Below, piece by piece: positions 53,311 through 61,366 of a stretch of 64,000 bases of DNA. A program made the position numbers and the translations under genes. The stretch spans positions 2,065-66,064 of the forward strand of contig DATKKG010000061.1 in NCBI GenBank assembly GCA_035543015.1, written 5' to 3'. Each line of letters opens with the position of its first letter. Within the stretch, counting starts at the first letter, position 1. The notes beneath the pieces were generated by a model. That model saw only the letters and a list, made by a program, of their open reading frames with translations, searched no databases and was not told where the DNA came from. The DNA comes from Conexivisphaerales archaeon (GTDB lineage Archaea; Thermoproteota; Nitrososphaeria; Conexivisphaerales; DTJL01).

Positions 53311-53451
53311 GATGAGGGCACGGGCCTCGGGCTGGCAATCTGCAAGAGGCTCGCGGAGGCCCGCCACGGCACGATCTCCGTGAAGAGCGAGCTTGGAGAG
53401 GGGACAACCTTCGCGCTTACGTTTCCTCTCAGGCGGTACCCTGCCGGCTAG
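53311..53451 (+). pseudogene. histidine kinase remnant (C-terminal HATPase_c G2 box only)
   Basis: Hand translation gives [40 protein letters not shown]. An in-frame TGA lies immediately upstream, and the H, N and G1 boxes are absent. Confidence 0.65.
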
Positions 53452-53846
53452 GAGGCTCTCATGTTGGAGGGTCCTGCGCAGCCACAGGTAGAACTCAAAT
53501 GCGCGAGAGGAAGAGCCGGAGGCCGCCATCGTCGCAACGCGAGCAGTTGAAGGATCACCTCCCGGTCAGACCCTTCCATGACGGCCTATCCCCCCCAACC
53601 GTGCCAAAGGGAAGCGGCGATCGACGAAGCGTAAGGCACTTTGTGAACTCTTGCCCAGGCTGAGATAATCGGAGGAAAGCGACCTGTTGCGCAGTCAATT
53701 CTGACATGTCGGATGTGTATCGCTCGGTTGGGCACACGACATATGGGCTTCTGCGACATAGAGTTGAGCCATTTCAGAATCGGGAATGACGAGGCTGCTC
53801 AGGAGCCCGAAGCTTATATCTCAGCGGCGCCTCAGCCAGCACCGAG

Positions 53847-54401
53847 ATGTCAGACGAGAGAGATCCCTCCTTCGAGAGAGCTGTGACTCTGCTCATTTCT
53901 GCACTGCACATTGAGGGCCCAATGGGGGACCTCGCCCTAGCTCAGCTCATCCTCCTTGGAGAGAGATGCAGATCCCATGTGGTCTCGTTCCTGGAGGAGG
54001 AGCTTTCACTGAGGGAGGATTATAGGAGGCTCTACGAGGAGCTCGCCAAGAGTGGTGGCGTGGTCTCTCCCGTGGACCGCAAGCTGCTGGCCGAGATGGT
54101 AGCCAGGCATGGTTTCGTCGGCGAGGATGGAACCCAGAAGCAGTTCAACGCCGCCGACGTGGAGCTGCACGGGAAGGAGCTCCTCGGAGGGTACGACTAC
54201 GCCTACCAGCCTCGCGGCTACATATCAGCAGTCCAGCGGTGCTGCGACCTCCTGGGCCTGTTGGGCGACCCTGAATCTCTCGATGTCTTGGAGAGGATCG
54301 ATAGCGCGCTGGGAGACGCGGTCCCTCAGGCCCGCCAGGCGATCGAGAGGCTGAAGCCGAGCGGCAACCACGCCCAGCAGTCAAGTCCAGCTGGCCGATG
54401 A
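53847..54401 (+). CDS. helical-repeat hypothetical protein
   Basis: 184 aa, Leu/Glu-rich helical composition. No motif. Confidence 0.55.
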   Translation: MSDERDPSFERAVTLLISALHIEGPMGDLALAQLILLGERCRSHVVSFLEEELSLREDYRRLYEELAKSGGVVSPVDRKLLAEMVARHGFVGEDGTQKQFNAADVELHGKELLGGYDYAYQPRGYISAVQRCCDLLGLLGDPESLDVLERIDSALGDAVPQARQAIERLKPSGNHAQQSSPAGR

Positions 54402-54511
54402 GGACTCCTTGATAGGTCTCGCAGCCCAGGAGCTCTATTCGCCTCCACCGTAAGATGAAAGCAAAGATATGTGCCCCATCTCATCCATATGAGAGGAGCA
54501 TGAGACGCGGT

Positions 54512-55255
54512 CTACTTCGAGGTCTCGGTGGGCTCGCCGGGCTTGGATACCCTGGCGACGTAGGCGTTGATCTCCTCTTCCGTCAGCTTCCTCATTTCCT
54601 TCGTCTTGACTTCCACCACGGCCATCTTGATGTGCTTCGGCTCGGCCTTGTCCTCCCCGCTCTTGCCGATGCTCTCCACCGCCAGCAGGCAGGCGGCATC
54701 CAGGGACATCTTCTTCGAATACTTCTGCTCGAGGAGCTCGTTCACCTGGTCGCCTCCGCCTCCTATGGCGATGGCGTCGTAGCCGAGATACGTGCCGCTG
54801 GGGTCCGTCACGAATATCGACGGGCCGTTCTTGTCGACTCCCGCGACGATCAGCGAAACGCCGAAGGGCCTCACGCCAGCGTACTGGGTGAACTGCTGTG
54901 CAGCGTCACCGAGGTGGCGAGCTATGGCCTCTACGTCGATCGGCTCGTCATAGATCAGCCTGTTGTTCTGGGCCTGAACCCTGGCCTGGTCGACCATGAC
55001 GCGGGCGTCGGGCACGTAGCCCGCGGCCGCTATGCCTATATGGTCGTCCACCTGGAAGAGCTTCTGGCTCAGATCACCGTTCTGAAGCTTCCTTACGCGT
55101 TCTTCTGCACAGAGCACTACGCCTTCCTCGCATTTGATCCCAATGGCGAGGGTCCCTCTCCTCACCGTCTCGATGGCATACTCGACCTGATAGAGACGGC
55201 CGTCGGGGGAGAATATCGTCAGAGCCCTGTCGTATCCTGCTGATGGAGCAAACAT
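54512..55255 (-). CDS. psmA: proteasome subunit alpha
   Basis: 247 aa. YDRALTIFSPDGRLYQVEYA N-terminal signature. Confidence 0.96.
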   Translation of the reverse strand: MFAPSAGYDRALTIFSPDGRLYQVEYAIETVRRGTLAIGIKCEEGVVLCAEERVRKLQNGDLSQKLFQVDDHIGIAAAGYVPDARVMVDQARVQAQNNRLIYDEPIDVEAIARHLGDAAQQFTQYAGVRPFGVSLIVAGVDKNGPSIFVTDPSGTYLGYDAIAIGGGGDQVNELLEQKYSKKMSLDAACLLAVESIGKSGEDKAEPKHIKMAVVEVKTKEMRKLTEEEINAYVARVSKPGEPTETSK

Positions 55256-55363
55256 TACGAATACTCACCGACTTACTCTGGCTAGAAAATCGGGTCTTTT
55301 TAACTCTTTTTGGAATTAGCGACCAAGCGTTTAAGACCTCCTAAAGTCACTCCAGAATGAACC

Positions 55364-56392
55364 TTGAAGCCCATTCTCTGGGAACAGGGCTCGCTTCGGG
55401 TCCTGGACCAGCGGCTGCTGCCGACGAGGAAGGTGTGGCAAAACGTGGATTCGGCGAAGGAGGCGCATGATTTCATCCGGGACATGGTGGTGAGAGGGGC
55501 GCCGCTGATTGGAGTGGTGGCCGCTTTCGGTGTGGCCCTGGAGGCTAGGCGGCTCCGTGGCGGGGACCCAGCGGATTTCAGGAGGAAGCTGGATGATGCC
55601 GCCCAATTCATCTCTTCGGCGAGGCCGACCGCCGTCAACCTCGCCTGGGCGGCTGGGATGGTGTCGCGCATCGCAGGGGAGGAGGCCTCGGTGAGCTCCA
55701 TGAGGGAGAAGGCCCTCCAGGTCGCCGTCTCGATAATGGAGAGGGAGAGGGAGATGAGCAGGAGGATAGGGCAGAACGGCGCCGAGCTGATCGTTGACGG
55801 CGACACGATCATGACTCACTGCAACGCCGGCGCCCTGGCCACCGTGGAGCTTGGCACGGCGCTGGCCCCGGTCAGGGTCGCCGTCGCCCAGGGCAAGCAG
55901 GTGAAGGTGATCGCCACGGAGACGAGGCCTGCCCTTCAGGGTGCCAGGCTCACCGCCTTCGAGCTGATGGAGGACGGTATCGATGTGACGCTGATCTGCG
56001 ACACCATGGTGGGGATCACAATGGCCAGGGGGATGGTCGACAAGGTCTTCCTTGGCGCCGACAGGGTGCTGGCCGACGGGACCGTCTACAACAAGATCGG
56101 AACTTACCAGGTGGCCGTCTTGGCGCAGCGTCATGGCGTGCCCTTCTACTCCGTCTTCCCTCAGTCGACCTTCGATTTCAAGAGCAGGGCGGAGGATGTC
56201 AGGATCGAGGAAAGGAGCCCGGACGAAGTCACGATGATAAGGGGAAGGCGGATCGCCCCGAGGGGGGTCAAGGTCTTCAACCCGGCCTTTGATGAGACGC
56301 CGCCGGAGCTCGTGACAGGGTACATAACGGACCGCGGGGTCGAGCGGCCGCCCTTTGCAAAAACAGCAAGCCTCGGGATGGATTCAAGGTAA
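55364..56392 (+). CDS. mtnA: methylthioribose-1-phosphate isomerase / aIF-2B-I family protein
   Basis: 342 aa. LRVLDQRLLP and MVVRGAPLIG motifs. TTG start. Confidence 0.78.
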   Translation: MKPILWEQGSLRVLDQRLLPTRKVWQNVDSAKEAHDFIRDMVVRGAPLIGVVAAFGVALEARRLRGGDPADFRRKLDDAAQFISSARPTAVNLAWAAGMVSRIAGEEASVSSMREKALQVAVSIMEREREMSRRIGQNGAELIVDGDTIMTHCNAGALATVELGTALAPVRVAVAQGKQVKVIATETRPALQGARLTAFELMEDGIDVTLICDTMVGITMARGMVDKVFLGADRVLADGTVYNKIGTYQVAVLAQRHGVPFYSVFPQSTFDFKSRAEDVRIEERSPDEVTMIRGRRIAPRGVKVFNPAFDETPPELVTGYITDRGVERPPFAKTASLGMDSR

Positions 56393-56477
56393 TAATGGTC
56401 GATAGCAGCCGTCCGATTCAAATAACAACAGTAACCAAGTAACGCTATTAAGGCGCCCGTCGCATGCTTCGGGTGGT

Positions 56478-57593
56478 TTGTCGGCAAGCGCGATTCATAG
56501 GGGACTCGAAGATGTCGTCACCGGCGAAAGCAGGATTTGCTACATAGACGCCATCAAGGGGACTCTTCTCTACCGAGGCTACGACGTCGAAGAGCTCGTC
56601 CAGAAGTCCACCTACGAGGAGGTGGCCTACCTCCTCCTCTACGGGAACCTGCCGAAGAAGGCCGAGCTGGACAGGTTCAAGCTGGAGCTCTCCAACAGGT
56701 GCGCCGTGCCCAACCAGGTGCTCACGATCATAGGGAGCTTCCCGGCGGACAGGAACGCCATGGATATGCTCAGGACCGCCGTTTCGGCTCTGTCGCTCTA
56801 CGACGTTGTCCCCAACGACCCGTTGAAGCAGAGCATGTCGATCGTCGCCAAGATGCCGAACCTGATATCTGCGGTGTACAGGCAGAAACAGGGCGAATGG
56901 TTCGTTCCCTTGCGCAAGGACCTGTCGCTGGCTGCGACCTTCCTCTACTCGAGCTACGGGACCGAGCCGGACCCGCAGGACGCGAAGGTGCTGGACGCGC
57001 TCCTCATACTTCATGCCGATCACGAGCTGAACGCCTCGACCTTCGCAGCCCGCGTGGCAGCTTCGACCCTGTCAGACGTCTACTCGTCGTTCGTCAGCGC
57101 CATCGGAGCGCTAAAGGGCTCGCTGCACGGCGGGGCCAACCAGCAGGCCTTCGAGATGCTGGAGGAGATCGGCGAACCGGGCAGGGCGGAGCAGTACGTG
57201 CTGGCGAGGCTGGCCGAGAAGAAGAAGATCATGGGATTCGGCCACCGCGTCTACCGCCTCCAGGACCCGAGGGCTGCGATAATGCGCAGGTTCCTGGAGG
57301 ACATCTCCCGGAGGAAGGGGAACACCACCTACCTCATGATAATCGACGAGCTAGAGAAGGTTATGAAGAGGGAGAAGGGCCTGTACTCCAACCTCGACCT
57401 GTACACCGGCTCCATCCTCCACCTTCTTGGCTACCCGTCGTACATGGACCCCCTGTTCTTCGCCGTTGGCAGGTCGTCGGGGTGGCTCGCCCACATACTC
57501 GAGCAGTACCAGGACAACAAGATCATACGCCCGAGGGCGGAGTACGTCGGCGAGATGTACCGTCCCTACACCGCGATTGAGAAGAGGACGTAG
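56478..57593 (+). CDS. gltA: citrate synthase
   Basis: 371 aa. LILHADHELNAST and GFGHRVY active-site blocks. TTG start. Confidence 0.93.
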   Translation: MSASAIHRGLEDVVTGESRICYIDAIKGTLLYRGYDVEELVQKSTYEEVAYLLLYGNLPKKAELDRFKLELSNRCAVPNQVLTIIGSFPADRNAMDMLRTAVSALSLYDVVPNDPLKQSMSIVAKMPNLISAVYRQKQGEWFVPLRKDLSLAATFLYSSYGTEPDPQDAKVLDALLILHADHELNASTFAARVAASTLSDVYSSFVSAIGALKGSLHGGANQQAFEMLEEIGEPGRAEQYVLARLAEKKKIMGFGHRVYRLQDPRAAIMRRFLEDISRRKGNTTYLMIIDELEKVMKREKGLYSNLDLYTGSILHLLGYPSYMDPLFFAVGRSSGWLAHILEQYQDNKIIRPRAEYVGEMYRPYTAIEKRT

Positions 57594-57611
57594 AGACAGA
57601 CCAGCGTATTT

Positions 57612-57619
57612 CTTTTAAG
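57612..57619 (+). promoter_or_regulatory. TATA-like box (CTTTTAAG) for tRNA-Arg
   Basis: The T/A run ends about 25 nt upstream of the tRNA 5' end. It may also serve as an oligo-T terminator for gltA. Confidence 0.4.
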
Positions 57620-57643
57620 CCCACGGATGAGTAGGGAGCCTGC

Positions 57644-57736
57644 GGGCCCGTCGTCTAGCTTGGATTAGGACGCTGAATCGAGAGATGCGCAAGCCTTCGG
57701 AGCCGGAGATCGGGGGTCCGAATCCTCCCGGGCCCG
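57644..57736 (+). tRNA. tRNA-Arg (anticodon UCG) with 17-nt non-canonical intron (57676-57692, between positions 29/30)
   Basis: Acceptor GGGCCCG/CGGGCCC. D stem GTCT/GGAC. T arm GGGGG-TCCGAAT-CCTCC. Removing 57676-57692 gives anticodon stem CTGGC/GCCGG and loop CTTCGGA. The splice sites sit in a hand-folded bulge-helix-bulge motif. No CCA is encoded. Confidence 0.8.
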
Positions 57737-57846
57737 CTAAACCTTTCAAGAAAGCAGACCATATTATGCAAATCGCATGTCATCCCAGTTCGTTGCCCAA
57801 AAACGCCATCGTCCACCTCTGACTTCATCAGACTTCCTAAGTTTAG

Positions 57847-57870
57847 TCGTAGGTCCAAGCCCACGCCCCA
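57847..57870 (+). repeat. intergenic motif copy 2 (TCGTAGGTCCAAGCCCACGCCCCA)
   Basis: Family member, ending 47 nt upstream of ORF 57918. Confidence 0.8.
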
Positions 57871-57917
57871 GCCTTCCCCTTTGTCAAAACTAATAGGTTG
57901 GGAACTCCTCTCTGACC

Positions 57918-58409
57918 ATGATGGCTAAGCGATTCCAGCTTGTAATTGTCGTGGCATTGGTCGTCATCTTCTCTGTAGCAGCAGCGTATGACTTCATAGC
58001 TGCTCAGGCCCCACCGTCGAACCAAGAGAAGGTCGACACCTGCGCCACGAAGATGACCTTCAACGGCACGGTGTATTGTTCGTTTGATGTTACAGGCTTC
58101 ACCACGGTGAGTAACCAGGGCTATGCTAACATGAATCATCCCGTCGACTTCATGGGAGTGCTTTTTCAGACGATCTGCCCTTATGGCTACGATGGCTGTC
58201 CGAATCCTGGGACTGTGACGACCGTCACCAGTTTAGGCGTTGTTCAGATGAACCTGACTTTCGCAGATAGGAGGAGCGAAATGGTCTCGGTTGTCTTCGG
58301 CGACGATATCCCGCCTCCAGTCCTTTCCAAGCATTCAAATCCTGTGGCAGGGTTCGAGATTCTTGGACCATATGACTCGTTGAAGCTTGTTCTCCTGGTC
58401 CAAGCATAA
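57918..58409 (+). CDS. N-terminally anchored/secreted Cys-containing protein, unknown function
   Basis: 163 aa. Hydrophobic N-terminus FQLVIVVALVVIFSVAAA. Confidence 0.65.
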   Translation: MMAKRFQLVIVVALVVIFSVAAAYDFIAAQAPPSNQEKVDTCATKMTFNGTVYCSFDVTGFTTVSNQGYANMNHPVDFMGVLFQTICPYGYDGCPNPGTVTTVTSLGVVQMNLTFADRRSEMVSVVFGDDIPPPVLSKHSNPVAGFEILGPYDSLKLVLLVQA

Positions 58410-58438
58410 GCGGGTTGGCTTCCACGACAGCCCATTCA

Positions 58439-58463
58439 TTCGCAGGTCCAAGCCCACGCCCAA
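58439..58463 (+). repeat. intergenic motif copy 3 (TTCGCAGGTCCAAGCCCACGCCCAA)
   Basis: Family member, ending 42 nt upstream of ORF 58506. Followed by an ATAAAAG TATA-like box. Confidence 0.8.
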
Positions 58464-58505
58464 AGAGCATGAGATAAAAGGGCGGGTGACTAACCGCGAT
58501 TTGAC

Positions 58506-59339
58506 TTGAGAAGGGCCTACGTCGTTGGCGTGGCTGTAGGTGCGATTCTAGCCGCTGTCCTTCTCCTTACAGTCCTTCAGTCCTACCCTCCCGCTTCCTC
58601 GACAGTCTTCAACCTGACAGTAGGACAGGCGATATCACACAGAGCTGAATTACAGGACCCTTCGGGAATGACGGACTTTGTCGCGAATGAAACGTTCCCC
58701 ATCACGGTTGTTTCTCCCAAGTCCACCGACGTAGAATTGGACATCACCGGTCTTCCGGACTCCGCCTGGGCATCGCTGAGCACAAACACGCTCAGAAACG
58801 TTGGCCCTAGTGGCAAGGCCGCGATCCTGACGATCTTCGGCGCCATAGCTGACAGCGGAGGACCTGGTGGGGCACCTACTTACAATGTCACAGTGACAGC
58901 CCATGGTGCGGACGGTTCCTTATCCCAAGTCGGTTTCAGCGTGATCGTTCCTGTACCCCTGACCGTCCTTCACCAGCCCGGTCCCCTGAATATCACTTGG
59001 ATAGAGCCTTGGAGAGCCAGTCAAAGTGGGCCGTCTTACACGCTCTGTGGAGCCGTATACGACCCCCAGACCACCTCCTCCGGGTCCCTGCCTGTGGAAT
59101 TGACACCTTTGGGAATGGTCAACGGGAGCCAGATTATGCCTCTCCCATCATGGATAGCATTTACGTGGCCCGTTCAAGTGACGAAGCTAGAAGCTGAGAT
59201 GCCCATTTACTTCGAAACGGAAGCCTTGCTCAACGGCGCCCCTGTTGGAGCCTACACCTTCGCTTTTGGCGAGGAGATTGGTGGCGTGGCTTTTGTGTTC
59301 AATGTAACGATGGATATCATTCCCCCCATACCAACCTGA
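58506..59339 (+). CDS. N-terminally anchored extracellular protein, paralogous to the C-terminal half of ORF 59554
   Basis: 277 aa. Anchor VVGVAVGAILAAVLLLTVL. Shares blocks with 59554..61056 (VGPxG..IL, VYDP, P(L/F)PSW, AP(V/L)G, (I/V)PP(I/V)). Confidence 0.7.
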   Translation: MRRAYVVGVAVGAILAAVLLLTVLQSYPPASSTVFNLTVGQAISHRAELQDPSGMTDFVANETFPITVVSPKSTDVELDITGLPDSAWASLSTNTLRNVGPSGKAAILTIFGAIADSGGPGGAPTYNVTVTAHGADGSLSQVGFSVIVPVPLTVLHQPGPLNITWIEPWRASQSGPSYTLCGAVYDPQTTSSGSLPVELTPLGMVNGSQIMPLPSWIAFTWPVQVTKLEAEMPIYFETEALLNGAPVGAYTFAFGEEIGGVAFVFNVTMDIIPPIPT

Positions 59340-59466
59340 GCTACCGAAGAGTTTCGGGATTGTGATTACCGAGAAGTCGGAGCCCGGAAACTCATACAGG
59401 TCGCAGGAGTCTGGATTTGTCAGAGAACGGGACCACCCAGACTGATAGCCCAAAGATCTATCCTCG

Positions 59467-59487
59467 TTCGCAGGTCCAAGCCCACGC
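59467..59487 (+). repeat. intergenic motif copy 4 (TTCGCAGGTCCAAGCCCACGC)
   Basis: Family member, ending 66 nt upstream of ORF 59554. Followed by a GTATAAGAAA TATA-like box. Confidence 0.8.
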
Positions 59488-59553
59488 GCTGAACCGTCTC
59501 ACATCGCTTCGTATAAGAAAGGGCAGCTTCTGTTGAATGTATGACGTGATGGT

Positions 59554-61056
59554 ATGGACAGGATGGGAGTTGGAAAGGTACTCACTGCTTGCTTGGTAGC
59601 CCTACTTGTTCTTGGAACATTGACTCTAGTACAAGAGATAACCCTACAGCAGGAGTTGAAATCACAGCAGGATACCATTGACTCTCTCAGGAACCAACTG
59701 AAGCAGCAGGCAGACGTCATCGCGAACCTGACAGCGGCGCTCAAGTCTCAACCCATTCAGATTGCCTATGGCTTCGACTCATCCTCGCTAGAGCTGGTCG
59801 CGACCACCCTTACCCCTGTCATCCAGCAGGGAGACAACGTGAGCATTCGTGTCAAGGTGTTCAACCCTCTGGACTACGGCCTCCAAGCGAGCGCATACCT
59901 GGAGTCCACCTCTCTGGACACCTGTGGCAACCTCTCGCCCGTTGACTTGGAGGCGTATTTCGGCAACTACACCCTGGACAACATCCCCGACGTCTATCCA
60001 CTCCTGCTCAGCTACGGCGCTGCCAATCCCGACTACTACTGCCCGCCTGCAGGCGACAACTACGTTGGCTACACCTTCTATCCTCACAGCGACGTAGCCT
60101 TGGCCCACTCGGAGCTCTACAATTACACGGCCCTGGCGGAGGTGCAAAGGACCTTCAACGCGACCGGCGACTACGTGTATGGATATGACCCCTCCACTTC
60201 GTATTACGGCAGCATCTACCAGAGCTTCCAAGTGGGGACGTATACCGTCCTCGCCTCCGACGTCTGGGGCCACCAAGCGCTATGTTACTTCCGGGTAGTC
60301 GCGACAGGACCCGTGCCGCCGCTTTCGATCGCCCTAGCGGGAGTCGGGCTGAATACCACTTCGTTTACCATCGGCTCGGCCTACTCCTCGTTCCCTGGTT
60401 CAGAGGACCTGTCTCTGTCCATATGGGCTCAGTCTGCCGCTCACGTTCACCTGTCCATGGAAGGCATGATGGACGGCGTCTGGTTCAAGTTCAAGCCGGC
60501 AGAGCTGTCTTCCGTGGGACCCGAAGGGGCGTCTTCTATCCTCGAAGTGGCGGGGGCGGTAATCCCGATGGGGGGAAACGGCAATTGGCCAGAAGTCACG
60601 ATTGTGGCATACGATGACGCAGGGGATTCTGCCAAGCTGAACATCACCTTGACGTATGATGTCCCGGTGACGATTCTCAGGTCCCCCTCCGTCATCCCGC
60701 CTGTGACATTTGACAGCTACCCGGACCGGGTAGGCGCTGGGCAGTACGGCGGCAATTACTACGGAGTAGTCTACGACCCCATCTCAGGCGGCGCGGAGCC
60801 GACGCTCACCGTCAACCTGAGCACCCTAGGCATACTCGTCAACGGCACTGTGCAGCCATTTCCCTCTTGGCTTCAGGATTCAATCCCCCTAGCACCATTC
60901 GTCTTGTCGGAAGGAGTGCCCTACTACTTCTTCGCCGGCGTCAAGGTCGGCGACGCGCCTCTAGGCAACTTCACGGTCGCCATGAGAGAGACGGTCGGGG
61001 GAATGGACTTCATGCTTTACATCAACTACACCGTAGTGCCTCCAGTCAGGACCTGA
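59554..61056 (+). CDS. large N-terminally anchored extracellular protein with coiled-coil stalk
   Basis: 500 aa. Anchor LTACLVALLVLGTLTL, then a Gln/Leu heptad-like stretch, then beta-rich domains. The C-terminal ~200 aa are homologous to ORF 58506. Confidence 0.75.
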   Translation: MDRMGVGKVLTACLVALLVLGTLTLVQEITLQQELKSQQDTIDSLRNQLKQQADVIANLTAALKSQPIQIAYGFDSSSLELVATTLTPVIQQGDNVSIRVKVFNPLDYGLQASAYLESTSLDTCGNLSPVDLEAYFGNYTLDNIPDVYPLLLSYGAANPDYYCPPAGDNYVGYTFYPHSDVALAHSELYNYTALAEVQRTFNATGDYVYGYDPSTSYYGSIYQSFQVGTYTVLASDVWGHQALCYFRVVATGPVPPLSIALAGVGLNTTSFTIGSAYSSFPGSEDLSLSIWAQSAAHVHLSMEGMMDGVWFKFKPAELSSVGPEGASSILEVAGAVIPMGGNGNWPEVTIVAYDDAGDSAKLNITLTYDVPVTILRSPSVIPPVTFDSYPDRVGAGQYGGNYYGVVYDPISGGAEPTLTVNLSTLGILVNGTVQPFPSWLQDSIPLAPFVLSEGVPYYFFAGVKVGDAPLGNFTVAMRETVGGMDFMLYINYTVVPPVRT

Positions 61057-61246
61057 ATGCTACAGTCTCGAAGCGGATCTGCGTCGCCATAGCCTAAGGA
61101 ATCCTAGGGACGGCGCTGTCGGCCGGTAGGTTGTTGACGTATTCTCCACCCTGGCTAAGGTAGCTCGAGACATTGGAGACCGGAACCACCTGCTATCTCC
61201 GAGCAGCTCTAGGCTCGTACTCCGACCGCCTCAGCCTGACTATTCT

Positions 61247-61275
61247 ATTGCTTTCAATAGTATGAAGATGATTTA
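61247..61275 (+). repeat. AT-rich repeat R copy 1 (ATTGCTTTCAATAGTATGAAGATGATTTA)
   Basis: Related to the copies at 62325 and 63441. Lies 20 nt upstream of motif copy 5. Confidence 0.65.
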
Positions 61276-61294
61276 GACTCATCCTCATCCCTTC

Positions 61295-61311
61295 TTCGCA
61301 GGTCCAAGCCC
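61295..61311 (+). repeat. intergenic motif copy 5, 3'-truncated (TTCGCAGGTCCAAGCCC)
   Basis: Family member lying between two convergent genes, with no co-oriented gene downstream. Confidence 0.75.
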
Positions 61312-61366
61312 TTTGGAACTAGTTGTTGATAGATGCCGAATCCCTCCCGACCCGGCCACACCCCCT

